In this document: positions 42,195 to 45,641 of the stretch, piece after piece
Layout of the letters: each line of letters starts with the position of its first letter
Numbering within the stretch: position 1 is the stretch's first letter
Assembly (NCBI GenBank): GCA_041490545.1
Contig: JBGPTG010000002.1
Location: 1-45,641 of the forward strand
DNA: 45,641 nt
Origin: Gammaproteobacteria bacterium
GTDB lineage: Bacteria > Pseudomonadota > Gammaproteobacteria > Burkholderiales > SG8-39
Direction of reading: 5' to 3'
The notes under the pieces: model-generated
Databases searched by the model: none
Seen by the model: only the letters and a program-made list of their open reading frames with translations
What the model was told of the DNA's origin: nothing
Position numbers and translations under genes: made by a program

Positions 42195-43172
42195 TTAGTT
42201 TTTTCGCTGCCGTGCGTCCACCGAGAGAGCCTCGCAGTCGGCGTCAACCATCATGTATACCAATTCCTTGAAACCAACGGCGGCTTGCCACCCGAGACGC
42301 GCGCGGGCCTTGCTCGCGTCGCCGCGCAATTCAACGGTTTCCGGCAGGCGCTCCTGCGCGGGATCGGCCACTACGTAATCCCGATAGTCGAGTCCCAGGC
42401 GGCCGAACGCCAGCTCGCACAGATCTCTCACGGAGTGCGTTTCGCCGCTTGCGAGGACGTAATCGCCGGGATCGGGCTGCTCGAGCATGAGCGACATGCC
42501 GCGTGCCAGATCTCCCGCGAAACTCCAGTCTCGCCGTCCTTCCATATTTCCGAGGGGCAGAGAACGATCCAGACCGGCCTTGATTCTCGCGGCGGCCGCA
42601 GTGATCTTTCTGGTGACGTAATTCAAGCCGCGACGCGGGCTCTCGTGGTTGAACAATATCGCGGTGCAGGCAAATATTCCATATCGGTCCCGGTACGCCT
42701 CCACCATGTTCTGGGCAAAGACCTTCGCTGCACCGTATGCGTTACGTGGGCGCAGAGGCGTGAGTTCGTTTTGCGGCGAGACGGACGATTTTGCAAATAC
42801 CTCGCTGCTTGACGCCTGGCAGAAGCGCGTTTCAGCCGATTCCGTCCGAATGGCCTCCAGCATGTGGACGACCGCCAGTCCGTTGATCTCGGCCGTGGCA
42901 ACTACGTCGTCGAAAAGCTGGGCGCTCGAGGCCCGCGCGGCCATATTGTAAATTTGATCCGGCCGGTATTGCCTGATGGCCGCGCGGATCGCCTCGCCGT
43001 CGGCAAGGTCCAGTCCAATGACCTCGATCGAAGTAGAGCCGACCTTCAGGCTGCTTCGGCCCCGGTGGGAGGTGCCCATTACATGGTGGCCCTTTGCCAG
43101 GAGTATTTCTGCAAGATAGGACCCATCTTGCCCAAGGAGTCCCGTAATCAGGACGGTTTCACGTTCATTCAT
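42195..43172 (-). CDS. gmd: GDP-mannose 4,6-dehydratase
   Basis: From ATG 43172: VLITGLLGQDGSYLAEILLAKGH, FCQASSSEVF, YGAAKVFA, AILFNHESPRRG, YVTRKIT, LGNMEGRRDW. Colinear with E. coli Gmd. Confidence 0.85.
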   Translation of the reverse strand: MNERETVLITGLLGQDGSYLAEILLAKGHHVMGTSHRGRSSLKVGSTSIEVIGLDLADGEAIRAAIRQYRPDQIYNMAARASSAQLFDDVVATAEINGLAVVHMLEAIRTESAETRFCQASSSEVFAKSSVSPQNELTPLRPRNAYGAAKVFAQNMVEAYRDRYGIFACTAILFNHESPRRGLNYVTRKITAAAARIKAGLDRSLPLGNMEGRRDWSFAGDLARGMSLMLEQPDPGDYVLASGETHSVRDLCELAFGRLGLDYRDYVVADPAQERLPETVELRGDASKARARLGWQAAVGFKELVYMMVDADCEALSVDARQRKN

Positions 43173-43251
43173 ATTGGCAGCACCTTTGCGTCTGCCGGGC
43201 TTGCGCTCGACGACAAGCACGCCGCGGCGGCGACGTTGAACCTGGCGCGGC

Positions 43252-44133
43252 TCATGTGGTGCGCCCGGGGTTGCGCAGCGTCTCAAGGCATGCCTGGAGG
43301 GATTTTTCCCAGCCGGGCAGGGCGACGCCGAATTGCTCCAGCAGCCTTTTATTCGAAAGACGGGAGTTGGCTGGCCTGAGCGCGGCCGTTGGATACTCGC
43401 TTGAAAGGATCGGCCGGATTCGAGCGGCAGCGTCGAAGCCTTCCAGCCGCGCAATCTCGCTGGCGAACCCGTGCCATGACGTGCTCCCCGACGCGGTAGC
43501 GTGATAGACGCCGCGGGCGTCCCCGAGCGCGTCAGCCCGTCGGTGCAGAACGCGCGCGGTCGCCTCGGCCAGGGCGCTGGCCGAAGTGGGTGCGCCGATC
43601 TGATCGGACACTACGCTCAGTTGCTCCTTTTCCCGCAGCAGGCGCCGTATGGTGAGGAAAAAATTCCTGCCGCGCGCCGCGTATACCCAGCTGGTGCGAA
43701 AGATGAGATAGGGGCAGCCGGCGCTGCGGATGGCATTCTCCCCGGCGAGCTTGCTGCGACCGTAGGTGTTGATGGGGTTGGGCGTGTCCTCCTCGAGGTA
43801 AGGAGCGGTCTTGGTGCCGTCGAATACGTAGTCGGTCGAGTAGTGGACGCAAAGCGCACCGCAGCGCCTTGCCTCCTCGGCAAGAAGGCCAGGAGCGGTG
43901 GCGTTGATCAGGTGAGCGCGGTCGGTCTCGGTCTCCGCGAGATCGACCGAGGTATAGGCCGCGGCATTGACGATGACATCGGGCCGGGCGGACCGCACTG
44001 CTGCGGCAATCTGATCGGGCCGAGCCAGATCGAGCTGTGTCCGGTCAGGTGCAAGAACCTCTCCCAGAGGGGCGAGCATCCTGTTGAGTTCCCACCCGAG
44101 CTGTCCGCTCCTGCCGGTCAGCAAGATCTTCAC
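43252..44133 (-). CDS. rmlD: dTDP-4-dehydrorhamnose reductase
   Basis: From GTG 44133 (GTGA overlap with the rmlC stop): [48 protein letters not shown]. Confidence 0.9.
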   Translation of the reverse strand: MKILLTGRSGQLGWELNRMLAPLGEVLAPDRTQLDLARPDQIAAAVRSARPDVIVNAAAYTSVDLAETETDRAHLINATAPGLLAEEARRCGALCVHYSTDYVFDGTKTAPYLEEDTPNPINTYGRSKLAGENAIRSAGCPYLIFRTSWVYAARGRNFFLTIRRLLREKEQLSVVSDQIGAPTSASALAEATARVLHRRADALGDARGVYHATASGSTSWHGFASEIARLEGFDAAARIRPILSSEYPTAALRPANSRLSNKRLLEQFGVALPGWEKSLQACLETLRNPGRTT

Positions 44134-44672
44134 GGGAAAGTTTCGGCGTCCCGCAGCCTCACACCAGAGGCGTCCTTGGCCGACAGGATGGGCGCGCCGG
44201 GGAGGGGCCATTCGACGCGAAGCTCCGGCTCGTTCCACAGGATACAACGCTCATGCTCTGGCGCGTAGAAGTCCGTCGTTTTGTAGAGCACTTCGGCAAA
44301 GTCGCTGAGAACGCAGAATCCGTGGGCGAAACCGATGGGGACCCACAGCATGTCGTGCGAAGCCGCGCTGAGCCGAATCCCCTCCCAGCGACCGAAGTCG
44401 GGAGAGCTGCGGCGGATGTCGACCGCGACATCGAAGATTTCTCCGGCGACGACGCGGACGAGCTTTCCCTGCGGCTGGCGAATCTGGTAGTGCAGACCGC
44501 GCAGGACGTTGCGTTCCGACCTCGAATGATTGTCCTGCACGAAACGAGCGCGGATACCCGCGGCCTCGAACCCGCGCTCGTTCCAGGTCTCGAGAAAAAA
44601 TCCTCGCGCGTCGCCGAATACCTTCGGTTCGATGAGGAGCACTTCCGGAAGGCGGGTCGGAGAGATCTTCAT
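44130..44672 (-). CDS. rmlC: dTDP-4-dehydrorhamnose 3,5-epimerase
   Basis: From ATG 44672 (ATGA overlap with the rmlA stop): [59 protein letters not shown]. Confidence 0.9.
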   Translation of the reverse strand: MKISPTRLPEVLLIEPKVFGDARGFFLETWNERGFEAAGIRARFVQDNHSRSERNVLRGLHYQIRQPQGKLVRVVAGEIFDVAVDIRRSSPDFGRWEGIRLSAASHDMLWVPIGFAHGFCVLSDFAEVLYKTTDFYAPEHERCILWNEPELRVEWPLPGAPILSAKDASGVRLRDAETFP

Positions 44673-45556
44673 GTGCCGCGCGGCCCGGCGCCTTCGCGCA
44701 GGAGCGACAGCAGGTAGTCGCCGTAGCCGCTGTTCTTCAGCGGCGCGGCCAAGGCCTTGAGCTGCGCGTCGTCGATCCACTCCCTGTGCCAGGCGATCTC
44801 CTCGGGGCAGCCGATCTTGAGTCCCTGGCGGCGCTCGATGGTCTCGATGAACTGGCTCGCTTCGAGCAGCGACTCGTGCGTGCCGGTGTCGAGCCATGCG
44901 TGCCCGCGCCCCAGCGTCACGACGCGGAGCTTGCCCGCATCGAGGTAACGCCGGTTCAGGTCAGTGATCTCCAGCTCCCCGCGCGCCGAAGGCTTCAGCG
45001 TCTTTGCGATGCGCACGACCTGATCGTCGTAGAAGTAGAGGCCGGTCACCGCGTAGCGCGACCTGGGCTTCGCCGGCTTTTCCTCGATGCTGAGGGCGCG
45101 GCCCTTCGCGTCGAACTCGACCACGCCGTAGCGCTGCGGGTCCTGCACGCGGTAGGCGAACACCGTCGCGCCAGAGGATATTGTTGCCGCCTGACCGAAT
45201 GTGGGCTGAAGGTCGTGACCGTAGAAAATATTGTCACCGAGCACCAGCGCGCAAGGCGCGCCGTCGATGAATTTCTCGCCGATCAGGAACGCTTGCGCGA
45301 TACCCTTGGGCTCAGGCTGAATCGCGTATTCGAACCTCATTCCCCAGCGACTGCCGTCGCCGAGCAGTTGCTCGAAGCGCCGCGTGTCCTCCGGCGTGGA
45401 GATCACGAGAATGTTCTTTATGTCGGCGAGCATCAGCGTGCTCAAGGGGTAGTAGATCATCGGCTTGTCGTAGACCGGCAGCAGCTGCTTCGACACGACC
45501 TGCGTCACCGGGTAAAGCCGGGTACCGCTGCCGCCGGCGAGGATAATGCCCTTCAT
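44669..45556 (-). CDS. rmlA: Glucose-1-phosphate thymidylyltransferase
   Basis: From ATG 45556: [65 protein letters not shown]. Confidence 0.95.
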   Translation of the reverse strand: MKGIILAGGSGTRLYPVTQVVSKQLLPVYDKPMIYYPLSTLMLADIKNILVISTPEDTRRFEQLLGDGSRWGMRFEYAIQPEPKGIAQAFLIGEKFIDGAPCALVLGDNIFYGHDLQPTFGQAATISSGATVFAYRVQDPQRYGVVEFDAKGRALSIEEKPAKPRSRYAVTGLYFYDDQVVRIAKTLKPSARGELEITDLNRRYLDAGKLRVVTLGRGHAWLDTGTHESLLEASQFIETIERRQGLKIGCPEEIAWHREWIDDAQLKALAAPLKNSGYGDYLLSLLREGAGPRGT

Positions 45557-45641
45557 GCGTCGCCCCGCTGAGCGTAGTTTTTCTCGATCCACTGGCGATA
45601 GGCTCCGCTCGTCACCGCTGCGACCCAGTCCGGATTGTCGA
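45553..45641 (-). CDS. rmlB: dTDP-glucose 4,6-dehydratase, C-terminal 28 codons only (gene runs off the right edge)
   Basis: The reverse strand reads ...[28 protein letters not shown]. This resembles RmlB C-termini (W-x-x-x-V-x-SG-x-Y-x-x-WIE-x-NY). Its TGA overlaps the rmlA ATG as ATGA, the classic rmlB-rmlA junction. Confidence 0.7.
   Translation of the reverse strand, partial: DNPDWVAAVTSGAYRQWIEKNYAQRGDA

Noticed and set aside
43501-45571. Two + strand ORFs (43501-44268 and 44786-45571) opposite rmlD/rmlC/rmlA
   Set aside because: Shadow ORFs. The minus-strand rml genes are unambiguous.
1-45641. Mobile elements, CRISPR arrays, tRNA/rRNA genes, toxin-antitoxin or phage-defence cassettes
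   Set aside because: No transposase/integrase-like translation appears in any frame of the ORF track. No regularly spaced repeats, no tRNA-like cloverleaf candidates in the few intergenic gaps, and every sizeable ORF is explained by envelope-polysaccharide functions.

Overview
GC-rich proteobacterial chromosomal segment (most 60-nt lines are about two-thirds G+C), almost entirely devoted to envelope polysaccharide genes. Left part (1-8340, + strand): the 3-prime half of a cobalamin riboswitch, a BtuB-like TonB-dependent receptor, a WaaQ-like GT9 heptosyltransferase coupled by an ATGA overlap to a BtuF-like periplasmic B12-binding protein, a WaaG-like GT4, msbA and a second GT4. At 8413-9435 an O-antigen ligase/polymerase-family gene is broken by an in-frame TAG, a 1-nt frameshift and an 11-bp tandem duplication. 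From 9432 to the right edge lies a ~36-kb O-antigen-type locus, mostly on the minus strand. It contains: wbpM/wbpL-type initiation genes; an FkbM methyltransferase sitting where a wbpK/wbpV-type reductase seems to have been (a 40-codon relic remains); manC; an FnlA / RmlD-like / FnlC set (UDP-L-RhaNAc/L-QuiNAc logic); GT4 and GT2 transferases; a small + strand SDR pair with a perfect extended -10 abutting its ATG; a TylF-type O-methyltransferase; and a lower-GC core with an orphan GT-B-like protein and wzx. Next comes a tightly packed 16-gene module (25871-39697) with these genes: GmhA, an inverted-order cytidylyltransferase-PfkB kinase fusion, a second nucleotidyltransferase, a HAD hydrolase, an APH-fold kinase, a split transketolase, a Zn-ADH, four SDRs, a WbuC cupin and three methyltransferase-like genes. 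A gmd / C-methyltransferase / reductase trio and rmlB(partial)-rmlA-rmlC-rmlD complete the window. I saw no tRNA/rRNA, CRISPR array, transposase or integrase. The best candidate for something undescribed is the 16-gene module: its enzyme combination matches no characterised nucleotide-sugar pathway that I know, and it suggests a branched and/or methylated higher-carbon (heptose-derived) sugar. All functional calls come from reading motifs in the supplied translations by eye. No database search was run.
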